From Mobula hypostoma (taxonomy: Eukaryota), in the NCBI RefSeq assembly GCF_963921235.1, contig NC_086106.1, forward strand, positions 17,174,001 to 17,238,000: a DNA stretch of 64,000 bases, read 5' to 3'. The notes below the pieces were generated by a model. It did not search any database and was not told where the DNA came from. It was given only the letters and a program-made list of their open reading frames with translations. The translations under genes were made by a program, and so were the position numbers. Below, piece after piece: positions 34,050-46,935 of this stretch. Each line of letters starts with the position of its first letter. Position 1 is the first letter of the stretch.

Positions 34050-35370
34050 ACAAGAGAGAATCTGCAGACGCTGGAAATCCAAAGCAACACACACAAAATG
34101 CCGGAGGAACTCAGCAGGCCAGGCAGCACCTATGGAAAAGAATATTGTTGACGTTTTGGGGTAAAACCCTTCGGCAGGACTGGACGAGAGGAACCCTATT
34201 CCGGGTAGGGTAGCGTAAGAGCAGACGTGCGTGGAATGGAAGAGATGCGGTTGAGGGCAGCGTTGATGCTGGAGGAAGGGAAGCCCCTTTCTTTGAAAAG
34301 GGAGGGCATCTCCTTCGTTCTAGAGTGAAAAGCCTCATCCTGCCAGCAGGTGCGGCGGAGACGGAGGAATTGAGAGAAGGGGGTGGCGTTTTTACAAGTG
34401 GGAAGCGGTATGGCCCAGGTAGCTGTGAGAGTCCGTGGGTTTATAACAGACATCGGTAGATAAGCTGTCTCCAGACGTAGAGGCGGTGAGATCAAGAAAG
34501 GGGAGGAAGGTGTCGGAAATGGACCGGGTAAATTTGAGGGCTGGGTGGAAGTTGGAGGCGAAGTGGATGAAGTCGACGAGCTCAGAGTGGGTACAGGAAG
34601 CAGCGCCAATGCAGTTGTCGATGTAGCGAAGGAAAAGTGGCGGACAGGCACCAGTGTAGAACAGAGATTGTTCCACGTAACCGACAAACAAGCAGGCACA
34701 GCTGGGAACCACGTGAGTGCCCATGGCTACTCTTTTCGTTTGAAGGAAGTGAGAGGAACCAAAGGAGAAATTGTTTACAGCGAGGACAAGTTCCGCTCGG
34801 CGGAGGAGAGGAACTGGTTGGGTCTGATGTCCAGAAAGAAACGGAGAGCTTTGAGGTCTTCCTGGTGGGGGACGGAGGTGTGTAGGGACTGGACATCCAT
34901 AGTGAAAATAAGATGATGGGGGCCAGGAAACCTGACATCATTGAAAAGATCCAGTGTGTGTGAAGTGTCACGGGTGTAGGTAGGGTGGGACTGAAATGGG
35001 GGCCAGGGGGATAAAACTGAGTCGAGGTATGCAGATATGAGTTCAGTGGGGCAGGAATAAGCTGAAACAACACGTCTACCTGGACAGGCAGGTTTATGGA
35101 TCTGGGGTAGGAGATAGAAACGGGAGGTGCGGGGTGCGGGAACTAAGAGGTTGGTGGCAGTGGATGGGAGATCCCCAGAGTCAATAAGGGGAGACAATGG
35201 CCTGATGTTCTTTAGTGGGGTCCTGTTCGAGGGTTAAGTAAGAGGAGGTGTCTGAGAGTTGGTGCTGGGCTTGAGAAAGGTAGAGGGTCAGTACACTGGA
35301 CTACTACAGCAACCCCCTTATCTGTGGGTTTGATGGTGAGGTTAGGATTAGTGTGGAGGGAGTGGAGACC
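34050..35370 (-). mobile_element. Penelope-like retroelement RT fragment, frameshifted
   Basis: IKPTDKG; FYLLPQIHKP; MGT...ACLFVGYVE; RYIDNC; FHPALKFT; KPTDSHSYL; pLTR at the end. Confidence 0.88.
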
Positions 35371-35379
35371 ACTAAACAA

Positions 35380-35598
35380 GAGACAATCTGCAGGTGCTGG
35401 AAATCCGAGTGACACACACAAAATGCTGGAGGAACTCAACGGGCCAGGCAGCATCTCTGGAAGCGAGTACAGTCGACATTTTGGGCCCGAAACCCTTCTC
35501 CAGTCAGGCCGAAGGGTCTCGGCCCAGAACGTCGACTGTTTACTCTTTTCCACAGATGCTGCCTGCCCGCTGAGTTCCTCCAGCATCTTGTGTGTGTT
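35380..35598. repeat. Inverted pair of Penelope pLTR fragments (about 90-bp arms)
   Basis: ACACACAAAATGCTGGAGGAACTCA...GTCGAC...CCCTTC / GAAGGG...GTCGAC...TGAGTTCCTCCAGCATCTTGTGTGTGT. Confidence 0.8.
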
Positions 35599-35599
35599 A

Positions 35600-36019
35600 C
35601 CAAGAGGTTCAGTTGTTGTTCAGACCAAACATCAGAAGGGGAAAAAACGCGGTCTAAGTGACTTTGATCGTGGAATGATTGTTGGTGCCGGATGGGGTGG
35701 TTTGAGTATCTCAGAAACTGCTGATCTGGGATTTTCACGCACAGCAGTCTCTTGCATTTCCAGAGGATGGTGCAAAAAGCAAAACAAAAATCCAGTGAAC
35801 AGCAGTTCTGTGGGCAAAGACGCCCTGTCAATGAGAGAGGTCAGGGGAGAATGGCCAGACTGGTTCAAGCTGGCAGGAAGGTGACACGCGTTACAACAGT
35901 GGTGAGCACAACACCATCTCCGAATGCACAACACGTCGAACCCTGAGGTGGACGGGCCACAGAAGTGGAAGACCAGACTGGTTCCAATCCTGTCCCCGTT
36001 AAAGTGGCCACAGAGTGTA
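35600..36019 (+). mobile_element. Tc1-like transposon remnant
   Basis: LSDFDRGMIVGA...GLSISETA HTH; terminal AAAGTGGCCACAGAGTGTA TIR plus TA. Confidence 0.75.
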
Positions 36020-36121
36020 CGTTATTGATCTGGATTGAAATGTAGACTGCTGCAGTGACAAATAAGTGGACGATCCCAGGGTTGGTGCAGGTGTGAACAG
36101 TTGTAAAAAAAACCTATCATA

Positions 36122-36614
36122 CGAGGGGTGATTGATAAGTTCGTGGCCTAAGGTAGACGGAGTCAATTTTAGAAAACCTAGCACATTTATTTTTCCTACA
36201 TTTACACACTTAGTCCAGCGGTCATGGAGCAAACGGATCCTTTCTTTGTAGAAGTCGGTGTCTTGGACCTCCAGAGAGTGGTCCACAGCAGGGGTGATTG
36301 ATAGGTTCGTGGCCTAAGGTAGAAGGAGATGAGATATTAACTTCAAACTTTCTGCATTTTCACTCAAAGAGTTGACCTACACGTGCATATAACGAAACGA
36401 GATTGGTATAACTAATCTCCTACTACCTTAGGCCAGGAACTTATCAATCACCCCCGCTGTGGACCACTTCTACAAAGAAGGGATCCGTATGCTCCACGAC
36501 CGCTTGACTCAGTGTGTACATGTAGGAGGGGGACTATGTTGAAAAATAAATGTGCTAGCTTTTCTAAAATTGATTCCTTCTACCTTAGGCCACGAACTCA
36601 TCAATCACCCCTCA
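36122..36614. mobile_element. Mariner-derived palindromic MITE with TA TSD
   Basis: TA-CGAGGGGTGATTGATAAGTTCGTGGCCTAAGG ... CCTTAGGCCACGAACTCATCAATCACCCCTCA-TA; FYKEGIRMLHDR..CV..GG.YVEK transposase tail. Confidence 0.85.
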
Positions 36615-36759
36615 TAGGATACACAGAGATGTCGATCAGTTGCAGCTGAGGACAGAGAAAGGCCAGGTGCATTTTAATCTGCGCAAGAGCAAGGTGTCCC
36701 ACCTTGGGAGCTCCAGTGCAGTGAGATGCAGTGAAAAGCTTTTGTTTGACAGGTGGAGG

Positions 36760-37590
36760 GGCAGGTAGTGTCGAGGAAGATCAGAGTCTGCAGAAGGACT
36801 TGGACAGATTAAGGGAACGGCCAAAGAACTGACCGCTGGAGTACAGTATCGGGAAGTGTAGGGTCATGCTCTTTGGTAGAAGGAATGAAACCTTAGACTA
36901 TCTTCTAAACGGGAAGCGAATTCAGAAACCAGAAGTGCAAAGGGACTTGGGAACCCCTGTGCAGAACACCCTGACGGTTAATTTGCAGGTCGAGTCGGTG
37001 GTGAGGAAGGCAAATGCAATGTTAGCATTCATTTCGAAAGGACTAGGATATAAACGCAAGGACGTAATGCTGAGGCTTTATGAGGCTTTGGTCAGACCAC
37101 ACTTGGGAGTATTGAGAGCAGTTTGGGCCCGGTATCTCGGAAAGGATTTGCTGGCTTTGGAGAGGTTGAGAGAATGATTAATGTAAGAGGAGTGTTTGAT
37201 GACTGGGCCGGTACTCACTGGAGTTTAGAAGAATGAGGGAGAAACTCATTCAAACCTATTGAAAGGCCGAGAGAGAGCGGGTGTGGAACGGATGTTTCCT
37301 ATAGTGGGGGAACCTCGGACCGGAGGGCACAGCCTCGGAATAGAAGGATGTTCTTTTAAATCAGGGGTAAGGAGGAACTTTCTTCAGCCTGTGGGATTCA
37401 CTGTCACAGACGGCCGTGTAGGCCGAGTCACTGGGTGCATTTACAGAGGATGTTGAGAGGTTCCTGATTAGTAAGCTTGTCAAAGGTTACAGGGAGAAGG
37501 CAGGAGAGGGAAATTATATCTGCCGTGATCAAATGGTGTAGAAACCATGGGCTGAATGGCCTAATTCTGCTCCCATCTCTTATGGCTTGT
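36760..37590 (+). mobile_element. Decayed CR1 LINE 3' part
   Basis: QRDLG...KANAMLAFI...LRLYEALVRPHL. Confidence 0.82.
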
Positions 37591-39429
37591 GTGCCAGAGT
37601 GTTCTTGCCCGAACGTGACAGAGCAAGGGTGCCGCACGGAGGCCAGGGCTACGAGGAGCTAGACCGGGAAGTCTTCAGTGTCTGCAAAAGGTCAGAGGGT
37701 ATGGGTCAGTTACAGATGGCGGGTCACACAGCGAAGCAACATGGCTACTGACCCTCCAGCCCAAACAGTCCACCTCGACCGCAGTTCCCACCCAGCCGGT
37801 CCCAATGTTCTGTGTTTGGCCCAAATCTCTCCAAGCCTTGCTCCTTCATAGCTTCTCCTAATGACACTATTGTTCCTGCCTCAACCACTTCCCCTCATTC
37901 CGTAAACTCACCGCCCTCTGGATGGAAAAAGTTGGCCTTCAAGTCCCTTTTAAATATTTCCTCTCTCTAGCTAAACCTATTTCACCCCCTCCCCTTCATT
38001 TTGGACTCCCCCACCCTGGGGGAAAGTCTGTCACCGTCCACCTCAAATATGCTGTTTCTGTAAGGTCACCCCCTCATCCTCCCGCATCCCAAGGGATAAA
38101 GCCCTCGGCTGGCCAACCTCTCCTCTAGCTCAGGCCCTTGAATCCTGGCAACGGGGGTGAAGTGTTGCCCCTTCGAGAGGTAAAACGTTAAGGGGCAGTA
38201 CAAAGTTAGTGGCAGGTCCCTGCTGATGGGCACAGAGATCTCAGGGTGCAAGTTTACAGCTCCCGGAAAGTGGCCACACAAGCAGACGGGCTGGTGGGTT
38301 GCTGAGAGCGGAGGGACACGGCAGGAGGGATTGGTTTACTTCAGTCTGCGTTTACGGGTTCAGTTAGTCCGACACAACACTGCGGGTCGACGTGCCCTGT
38401 TCCCGTGCTGTGCTGTCTGGGTGGCGGTGGGACAGAAGCTGTCCGCAGTCTGCTGGTACGTGTTCCCAACGTCGGAAAGCGCAAACCAGCTGAAGAACGA
38501 ACGACCACACAGCAAAGACCCGACCGCCCACAGTGTCTGCAGCGAACACCACGCAGAATCCAACTCAATCTCTGAGAGGCATGAAGCAGTATAGCAGAGA
38601 AACAAGGCCCTTCAGCCCATCTGGTCTGTGCTACACCATTAAACTGCCTCCTCCCACTGACCTGCACCGGGACCATCGCCCTCCGTACCCCTCCCATCCG
38701 TGTACCCATCCAAACTTCTCTTAAATATTGAAATCGCACCCACCACATGTGCTGGCAGCTCATTCTGAGTCCAGAGGCTCCCCCTCATGTTCCCCTTAAA
38801 CATCCCACCTTTCACCCTTAACCCATGACCTCTGGTTGTAGTCCCACCCGACCTCAGTGGAAAAAGCCTGCTGTACCTCTCATAACTTTGTATACCTCTA
38901 TCAAATCTCCCTTCTTCTACGCTCCAGTACATAAAGTCCTAACTTATTCACCCTTTCCTGCCCACCCTGGTCCCCCAAGACCCAGTGACATCTTCTGCCA
39001 GTGTGTGGACCATGTGCCGGCAGACTGAGTGCCTTTTAAAAGCCTTTATCTTTCCCCCACCACCACCCTTGGCAGGATACTCCAAGCATTTCCGCTGCAA
39101 AAAAAAGGTTGCCTTGCACTTTTCCTTAAAATTTAAGCTAATTACACCCTGGGAGTTTTTCCGTACAATAATAAACTTGAACTTAGTCATCCCTCCTCTC
39201 ACGTGAGATGCTCACTCTCGTGTATTTATGAAAAAGATACCGGCTGTCTGCCTGTACAGCAACACAGAAAATGCTGGAGGTCAGACAGCATCTGTGTTGA
39301 CGTTTCGGGCCGAGAACCCCTCATCGGGATTCATCACCCTATAAACTTCGATCTGGTCTTCCCACACCAGAGAAAACAAGACAAGTTCCTTCTTGCAGCT
39401 CCTCCCGGGATCCAGGCAGCATCCCGGGA

Positions 39430-40940
39430 AACTCGCAGGGCTTACGGACCAAGACGAGGCCGACTACAGCATGTCCCTTCCTGATCACCTTAACGCGTTC
39501 TCAACAGAAGGGAACCGCATGTCGCCACCCACCCACCCAGGGCGCCTGAATCTTCAGCCACCGTCGCAGACGCAAGGTCCGTCTTGTGGAGGGAGAACCC
39601 TCAGAGAGCATCGGGCCCGCACGGCGTCCATGGCCGCGTTCGTAGATCCTGCGCGGATGGGCTGGCGGGGGTGTTTAAAGCTCTCGCCGCTTCAGGCTGT
39701 GGTTCCCTCCTGCTTTAAGACCGCGATCAGCCCACTACTGCCTTAATGACTGCCGACCAGTGGCTCTAACACCTAAATCTACCACCGTGAAATGCTTCGG
39801 AGAGGCTGGTCGCGGTACACATCCGCTTCCAGCTTTCCAGAAAACCTCCACCCGCTGCAATTCGCCTACGGCCAAAACTGGTCAACGACAGGCGCCAACT
39901 TCCTAGTCCTGCACTCGTCCCTGGACCGTCTGGCCAGTAAAGACACCCATGACAGACTCTTGGTTATTAATTACAGTTCTGCCGTCCACACTGTGATTCC
40001 AGGCAAACTCATCACCAAACTCCCAGCTCTGGGACTCAACGCCTCCCTCTGCAGCCAGATTCTGGACTTCCTGACCAACTGACCGTAGCCAGTGAGGATA
40101 GACACCCCCCACGATGACTCTAAACACTGGCATACCTCGGTCGTGTTCCCTCCCGACTCCCTGTTCACTCACGGCTGAGTGGCCCAGGTTCAGCTCCCCC
40201 TCCACCTACAAGTTTTGCAGGCGATACCGCCGTAGCAGGCCACGGCACAAAGCACAAAGAGCCGGCGTACAGGAAGGAGAAGGAGAGGTTACTGACATGG
40301 CCACAACCTTTCCTCACTGTCAGCAAAAGAGGTTGTCATTGACTTCAGGAAGAGGTGGTGGGGAGCCGGGGTTAGGGGGGGCGCAGGAGGGGGAAGGTGA
40401 GAGGGTCGACAGCTTCGAGTGCCCAGGTGTGCACGTGCCCTGGTCCAATCACGACGGCATCACCAGCACCTCTGCTCACTCAGGAAGTCTGGCACGTCCC
40501 CATCTCTCTCAACGGGAAACCGCTTAACAGGACAACTGCTCTGCGCATGGCAAGAAACTGCGGCGTGTTGTGGACACAGCTCCCCCTCCATGGACTCGTT
40601 ATGGATCTTGTGCACCAATCAAAGACTTTCCAATCACCACCAACACACTCTCTTCTCCCCCTCTCCCCACCAGCAGAAGAAATGAACGTTTGAAAGCACA
40701 TTCCACCAGGCTGAAGACAGCTTCTTTCCCACTGTTCGCAGATTTCCTGTACAAATTTTGGCCTCACAGTCTACTTCACTATGACCCTGCAGTTTAACGT
40801 TTACCTGTGCTGCACTCTCTCCTCACCGCTGCACCTTATTCTGCACGGTTATTGTTTCAGACTTCTCTACCCCAGTGCACCGTGCAGTGATTTGATCTGT
40901 ATGAACAGTGGGCAAGGCGAGCTTTTCACCGTATCACGGC
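39430..40940 (+). mobile_element. Decayed Rex1/Babar LINE
   Basis: LHPLQFAY..N.ST...NYSSAVHTVIPGKLITKL..LG...LCSQILDFLT. Confidence 0.75.
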
Positions 40941-40944
40941 ACGG

Positions 40945-41215
40945 GTGACAGGTGGTCAGCACGGCGCTTTGCCGTACCAGCGACCCGGGTTCGATTCCCA
41001 CCGCCGCCTGGAAAGTTTGTACGTTCTCCCCGTGACCGCGTGGGTTTCCTCCGGGTGCTCTGGTTTCCTCCCACAGTACAAAGACGTACCGGTCGGGAGG
41101 TTAATTGCTCTTTGTAAGTTGTCCCGTGATTAGGCTAACTTGAATCTGCAGGTTGCGGGGCGGCCCAGCTCAAAGAGGCAGACGGGCCTGTTCCGCGATG
41201 TATCTCACTGAATAG
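40945..41215 (+). mobile_element. V-SINE
   Basis: B box GGGTTCGATTCC plus V-domain. Confidence 0.8.
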
Positions 41216-41584
41216 ATGGACAATGGACATCGAGCTTTCCCCCCCACCCTCCCTGAAGCCGCGACACCCTTCCCGTAACGAGCTGGCCATCGGGCCTGCC
41301 TCCCCGTCCACCTCCTCCTGGCTCCTGCACTTTGCTGGCCCACCCCTCCTTCGTAACCCAAGGCTCGGCACGGCGTTCCGACTTTCCCATCACCCACCCA
41401 AGTGTTCAGAAAGTTCCCAAGGAAACTGGCGTCACCGCGTACAACCCCGAGGTTCACTTCCTTGCAGGCATTCGCAGCTGAACAGAGAGTCAATGAGATA
41501 CCGCGCACAGATGAAGACTGACAAATAACCTTCGTGCAAAATTGTGCAAATGCTAAAAGAACTTAATACTTTTTTTTAAAAAGG

Positions 41585-41806
41585 GTTACGGTACGGTGAC
41601 AGGACCTTCCAACCCAACCAGCCCCCACCTTCCAATTACACCCACGTGACCAATTAACCTACCAACCCTTTGGACTGTGGGAGGAAACCAGGGCACCCGG
41701 AGGAAACCCACGTGGTCATGGGGAGAATGTGTAAATGCCTCACGGGCAGTGGCGGGAATCGAACCGGAGACACTGGTGCTGTAATAACGTCACATTGACC
41801 GCTACG
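41585..41806 (-). mobile_element. V-SINE
   Basis: Reverse complement of the V-domain (TGTGGGAGGAAACC..GCACCCGGAGGAAACCCAC) plus B box. Confidence 0.75.
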
Positions 41807-42979
41807 GCCTACTGAGAACGCGATTTGTGGAGACCTTGAAAACCAGTCCGTAGGCTGCGGAATCGGTTCACGGAACCGAGGACCAGAGCTAAGCCATTCG
41901 GCCCATCGTGTCCACTCTGCCGTTCCATCACGGCTGATTCATTAACCCTCTCAACCCCATTCTCCTGCCTTCTCCCCTTTGATGGCCTGACTAATCCTGA
42001 TCCTATTAACCTCCGTGTTAAATAAACACAATGACTCGGCCCCCCCACAACCATCTGTGGCAATGAATTCCACAGAAATTTCTCCTCATCAGCCAGTCTC
42101 AAAGGCCATCCCTTTATTCTGAGGCTGTGTCCTCTGGTCCCAGACTCCCCCACCACCTTCTCCACATCCGCTCTATCTCGTCCTTTCAATATTCAATTGG
42201 TTTCAATGAGGGATCCACCCCCCCATTGTTCTAAACTCCAGTGAGTACAGGTCCAGAGCCGTCAGACATTTCTCGTACATTAACCCCTTCCTTCCCAGAA
42301 TCTTGCTCGTGATCCCCCCACCGGACCTCTCCCCGATTTTTTCTTAAGATAAGGAGCCCAAAACGGCTCGCAATGCTCCCCGTGCAGTGCTGAGATTGTC
42401 CACACTGGCTCACACACTCCTGGACGGCAGTGATTTGTCTGGACAGCATACAAACATTCTTTCCCCTCACTGTACCTCGCGGTACACGGGGGAATCATGA
42501 ACCAGTAACAGTACGTAAGTGATACGACATACAACCATAGTGGTATCAGTGTGGCAGAACGGGGCAGGTGTGGGGAGCACGAAGGAATGGCGAGGGAAAG
42601 CACAGTCATGGAAGAGGTCGGGTTACGGGTTTGAGAACGAGGAGCACTGACAGGAAGGGGATGTGGAAAATTGCTCCAGGAGTCTGATAGTCATGGGGGG
42701 AGTGGGGGAGGGGGGGAATTCTTCGGTCTGGGCATCCAGGCTTTCAAGCTCCAGAATTGTGCCCCAGAAGCGAGGAGAGAGAAGAAAGGGACTGGCCCAC
42801 GGTGGCAGGCATCCTTGACTGTAACGAACTTCCTGAAGTAGGTTTCAGCCTGGACTAGAAGGGCTGAAGGGCCTGTTTCTGTGCTGTACTTCCCTGTGGC
42901 TCTAGGATCATTCGCAGCCTCATTATAGAAAGGATGTGGAGGCTTTAGAGAGAGTGTAGAGGAGGTTTAGAAACACACA

Positions 42980-43480
42980 GCATAGAAATCTACAGCACAT
43001 TACAGGCCCTTCGGCCCACAACGTTGTGCCGACCGTGTAACCTACTCTAGAAACTGCCTAGAATTTCCCTACCGCATAGCCCTCTGTTTTTCTAAGCTCC
43101 ATGTACCTATCTGAGAGTCTCTTAATAGACCCTATTGTATCCGTCTCTACCACCGTCGCCAGCAGCCCATTCCACACACTCACCACTCTCTCTCTGAAAA
43201 ACTTACCCCTGACATCCCCTCGGTACCTATTTCCAAGCACCTTAAAACTGTGCCCCCTCGTGTTAGCCACTGCAGCCCTGGGGAAAAGCCTTTGACTATC
43301 CGCACGATCAATGCCTCTCATCATCTTACACACCTCTATCAGGTCAGCTCTCATCCTCCATCGCTCCAAGGGAGAAAAGGCCAAGTTCGCTCCACCTGTT
43401 CTCATAAGGCCTGCTCCCCAATCCAGCCAACATCCTTGTGAGTCTCCTCTGCATCTTTTCTATGGTTTTCACGTCCTTCC
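42980..43480 (-). mobile_element. CR1 3' end inserted into another CR1 fragment
   Basis: ORF 43058..43405, RMRADLIEVCKMMRGIDR. Confidence 0.82.
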
Positions 43481-43979
43481 AGGATGCTGCATTGGACAGC
43501 ACATCTTACCAGGACCGGTTGAACAAGCTCAGGCTCTACTCTCTGGAGAAGAGGGGATGAGGGGTGACTTGACAGAGGTGTAGAAGATAAGAGGCAGAGA
43601 CAACACCTTTTCCCCAGGGCGTAAATGGCTAATATGAGAGGGCGTCGTTTTAAGATGGAAAGTCCAGAAGGGGATGTCAGGTTTTTTTAAACAGAGTGAT
43701 GGTTGTGTGGAACACACAGGCAGCGGTGCTGCTAGAGGCAGGTAAGTTGGGGACATTTAAGAGACTCTTAGAGAGGCGCGCAGATGAAAGACAACGGGAG
43801 GGAGGGGTTAGGTTAATCTTGGAGTAGGTTAAAAGGTTGGCACAATATTGTCGGCCGAAGTGCCTGTACTGTTCTAATTTTAACTCCTGTTGAAGGTGAA
43901 CGGGGTGGGAGTAGGTGTGCGTGGGAGGAAAGCCCAGCAGGTGTGGGACACGGGAGTCCGCAACCCCTCTGGTACTGGG

Positions 43980-44493
43980 CCCTATGCTGAGGATGTTCTA
44001 TGAGTCTGTGGTGGCCAGTGCTATCATGTTTGCTGTTGTGTGCTGGGGCAGCAGGCTGAGGGTAGCAGACACCAACAGAATCAACAAACTCATTCGTAAG
44101 GCCAGTGATGTTGTGGGGATGGAACTGGACTCTCTGACGGTGGTGTCTGAAAAGAGGATGCTGTCCAAATTGCATGCCATCTTGGACAATGTCTCCCATC
44201 CACTACATAATGTACTGGGTGGGCACAGGAGTACATTCAGCCAGAGACTTATTCCACCGAGATGCAGCACTGAGCGTCATAGGAAGTCATTCCTGCCTGT
44301 GGCCATCAAACTTTACAACTCCTCCCTTGGAGGGTCAGACACCCTGAGCCAATAGGCTGGTCCTGGACTCATTTCCTGGTATAATTTACATATTACTATT
44401 TAACTATTTATTGTTCTATTACTATTTATTATTTATGGTGCAACTGTAACGAATAATTTCCCCCTGGGATCAATAAAGTATGACTATGACTAT
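43980..44493 (+). mobile_element. Young 5'-truncated Rex1/Babar LINE 3' end
   Basis: Uninterrupted MFYESVVASAIMFAVVCWG...SHPLH...TERHRKSFLPVAIKLYN; AATAAA plus (TATGAC)n tail. Confidence 0.88.
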
Positions 44494-45259
44494 GTATAGT
44501 CTCTCCCCTCGTTCCGTGGGGACACCCCCAGCTCTGCCGCACCAGCCGGCCACGACTGAAGTGGAGCGGTTGCCGAGTTGCACACGATCCCAGCTGAGAC
44601 AGCGCCTCACCGTGGGAGGGATCACCGCGGGAGGGGTGGGCGGTGATGAGGGAGCGCCCCGCCGCCACTCTGAGACAGGCTCCAAGGGGTTGGGACGATC
44701 CCACACATCGATGTCAGCAGCCGCCGACTTCTCCCACCGGGACCCGGGGGCTGCACGTCAGCCCACCACCCAGCAGCACGAAAGCTAAGAGTGGGAGTCC
44801 CCACCGTTGTGGAACTTTTTGACAGCCTCGGCTGCGCTTCCGGTCGTCACATTGCAAACAGAGAAAGTTGGGGCTGACAGAGCGGTGACGGGCGGTACAG
44901 TGAACGCTTCGCTTACGGTGGGACGTGGGACGTTCAGCGGGGGCCGGAATCGGAAGCCCCCTCGGGAGAGAGGAGGTGACGGCCGGTGGGGGCTTCCCTT
45001 TAAATGTATGGGCGCAGGCGCTGATGGTTTTGATTGAAAAGCAACGCGGAGGTCAAGCAGGGGGGGAAGCTCTCCCCGGATACTCACAGCAGAGGCAGGA
45101 GGAAGGTCTTTGTCCCTTTAAACTGGTTCCACACTAGTTTGCAACCCCCCGCCCCCTCAATTCTCAGCGGTCCCGGGACCCTCTGTGTACAGTCCCGGCC
45201 ACCGAATTCCGACGCAATGCAACAAATCCAACCATCTCCTTAACCATCCAGCTGCATTT

Positions 45260-45800
45260 CTTCGCCGCGAGCATTTAAAACACAACTATGAAGCCCGTCA
45301 AGGCGCAAAAACGCCCTGCCCCCCTATATCAGACAATGAAGGCAGCCAGCGGCCTGCGCCCATGACGTCATCGCACCGGGGAACCCGCCCATCCGCTCTC
45401 CCGATTGGCTGGAAGTCTCCGCCGCCGCCGTCGCCGATTGGCTGCCGGCTCATTTCTGTTCGCGGGAAGCACGTAAGGTCGGTTGACGGGCGTACGTGAG
45501 GGCAGACACAATACAAGCTCTCCCCCTTCGGTTTTACTCCATTCACCAAGGATTTGTTTTTTCACGGGAAACCATTTAGAAACTTTTCCACATCAATTCC
45601 AGCGCTCAATGAGCTCGGCGTTGACTGCGCTTGCGTAAAGTTGCCCACACTGAGCCCGTCGAGGCGACCGCCCCTTTCCACCTACGGACCAATCAGGAGA
45701 GGGAAGTGTGGGAAGCGTAAACTGTCTAGCGCCGTTGGGCCGACGTGATGCCCATCAGTCGGTGATAGCCAATAAAGGACAAGGTAGGCGGGGCTATGCG
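45260..45800. promoter_or_regulatory. CpG-rich, probably bidirectional promoter
   Basis: CRE ATGACGTCAT 45362; ATTGG 45404 and 45437; CCAAT 45689 and 45769; GC box 45787; GCGGGAA 45462. Confidence 0.65.
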
Positions 45801-46330
45801 GGGAATTGACACATCGGTCAGCCGGGCATCTGTTCAGTGGAGACGGGGATGAAATCAAATCTGAACCCCTGAAGGAAATTAGCCCCTTCCTGAACGAAAT
45901 GAACCCACAATGAAATAAAATTCACCAAATCATAAGGTCTATGGCGGACGCCACCTCCCTGGCGCAACATATCGATGCAGCTATAAAGAATGTATGTTTA
46001 ATTGTGAGCTTGAGGAGATTTGGTTTGTCACCCAAAACACTCAAAAACTTCCACCGATGTAACGCGGAGAGCGTTCTGGCTGTCTGCATCACCGTCTGGA
46101 ATGGGGGGGGGGGGAGGAGGTTACTGTACAAGATTGAAGTAAGTTGCAGAAAGTTGTAAAATTAGGCAGCTCCATCATGGGTACTGGCCTCCGTCTTTTC
46201 CAAGACATAGTCAGGTGGAAGCGGCGACCCCGTCCATCACCCAGGGCATAGCCTCTTCTCACTGTTAGCATCAGGAAGGAGGTACAGGAGCCTGAAGGCA
46301 CACGCCACTTATTTTAACTTAACTATTTAA

Positions 46331-46935
46331 TGGTCGGCATCCGTCTGTCTCGAAGGACAATGGGTGATGATCGTCATCACGAGCCGGGGCGGAAGGTGTG
46401 GAGATCCTGAGAGGCCCAGTCGTCAAGATCCCCCCCTCGGCCTCACCAGTCCAAAGGAAAGCTGATAAAGCGATACGTTAGGCACCAGTTTGGCCGCAGG
46501 AGCTGCCGGAAGGATGTTCAATAACGTCCAGCCGCCTTAGGGGCGCCACTCCGGATTTGCTGCCTGGGTTTACTCCCGTAGCCTTCGTCCCTCCCGAGGC
46601 TGCCCACAAGGCAGTGGGGCTATCTACCCATAGCCGGGGATCTGGTTCACGAGCACCAGGGCGTGTCCACACACCGGTGGGCCTGCGTGCTACGTGTGCA
46701 GGGGCCTGACCTCCTCTCCGTCCTCTGTAGTTCAGCCCGAGTCCGAAAGGAGTTCCGTTTCTGTGTGGCGCCGGCGAGGAGGCGCTACATGAGGCTTGCC
46801 GTTGGACAGACGATGTACTGGCAGGGAGAGACTTACGCATTCATCTCTCCTGTTCGCAAGCCTGCTAGCCAGCGGTGCAAAGCTGAAAGACAGAGTGACA
46901 AGCACTGCCCACTACAGCACCACACTAGACGCATC
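46331..46935 (-). mobile_element. Non-autonomous RTE-like element with a 9-bp TSD
   Basis: ACTATTTAA at 46322-46330 and 46936-46944; shares CTCCGGATTT...GGGTTYACTCCC..AGCCTT with 53460-53500. Confidence 0.65.
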
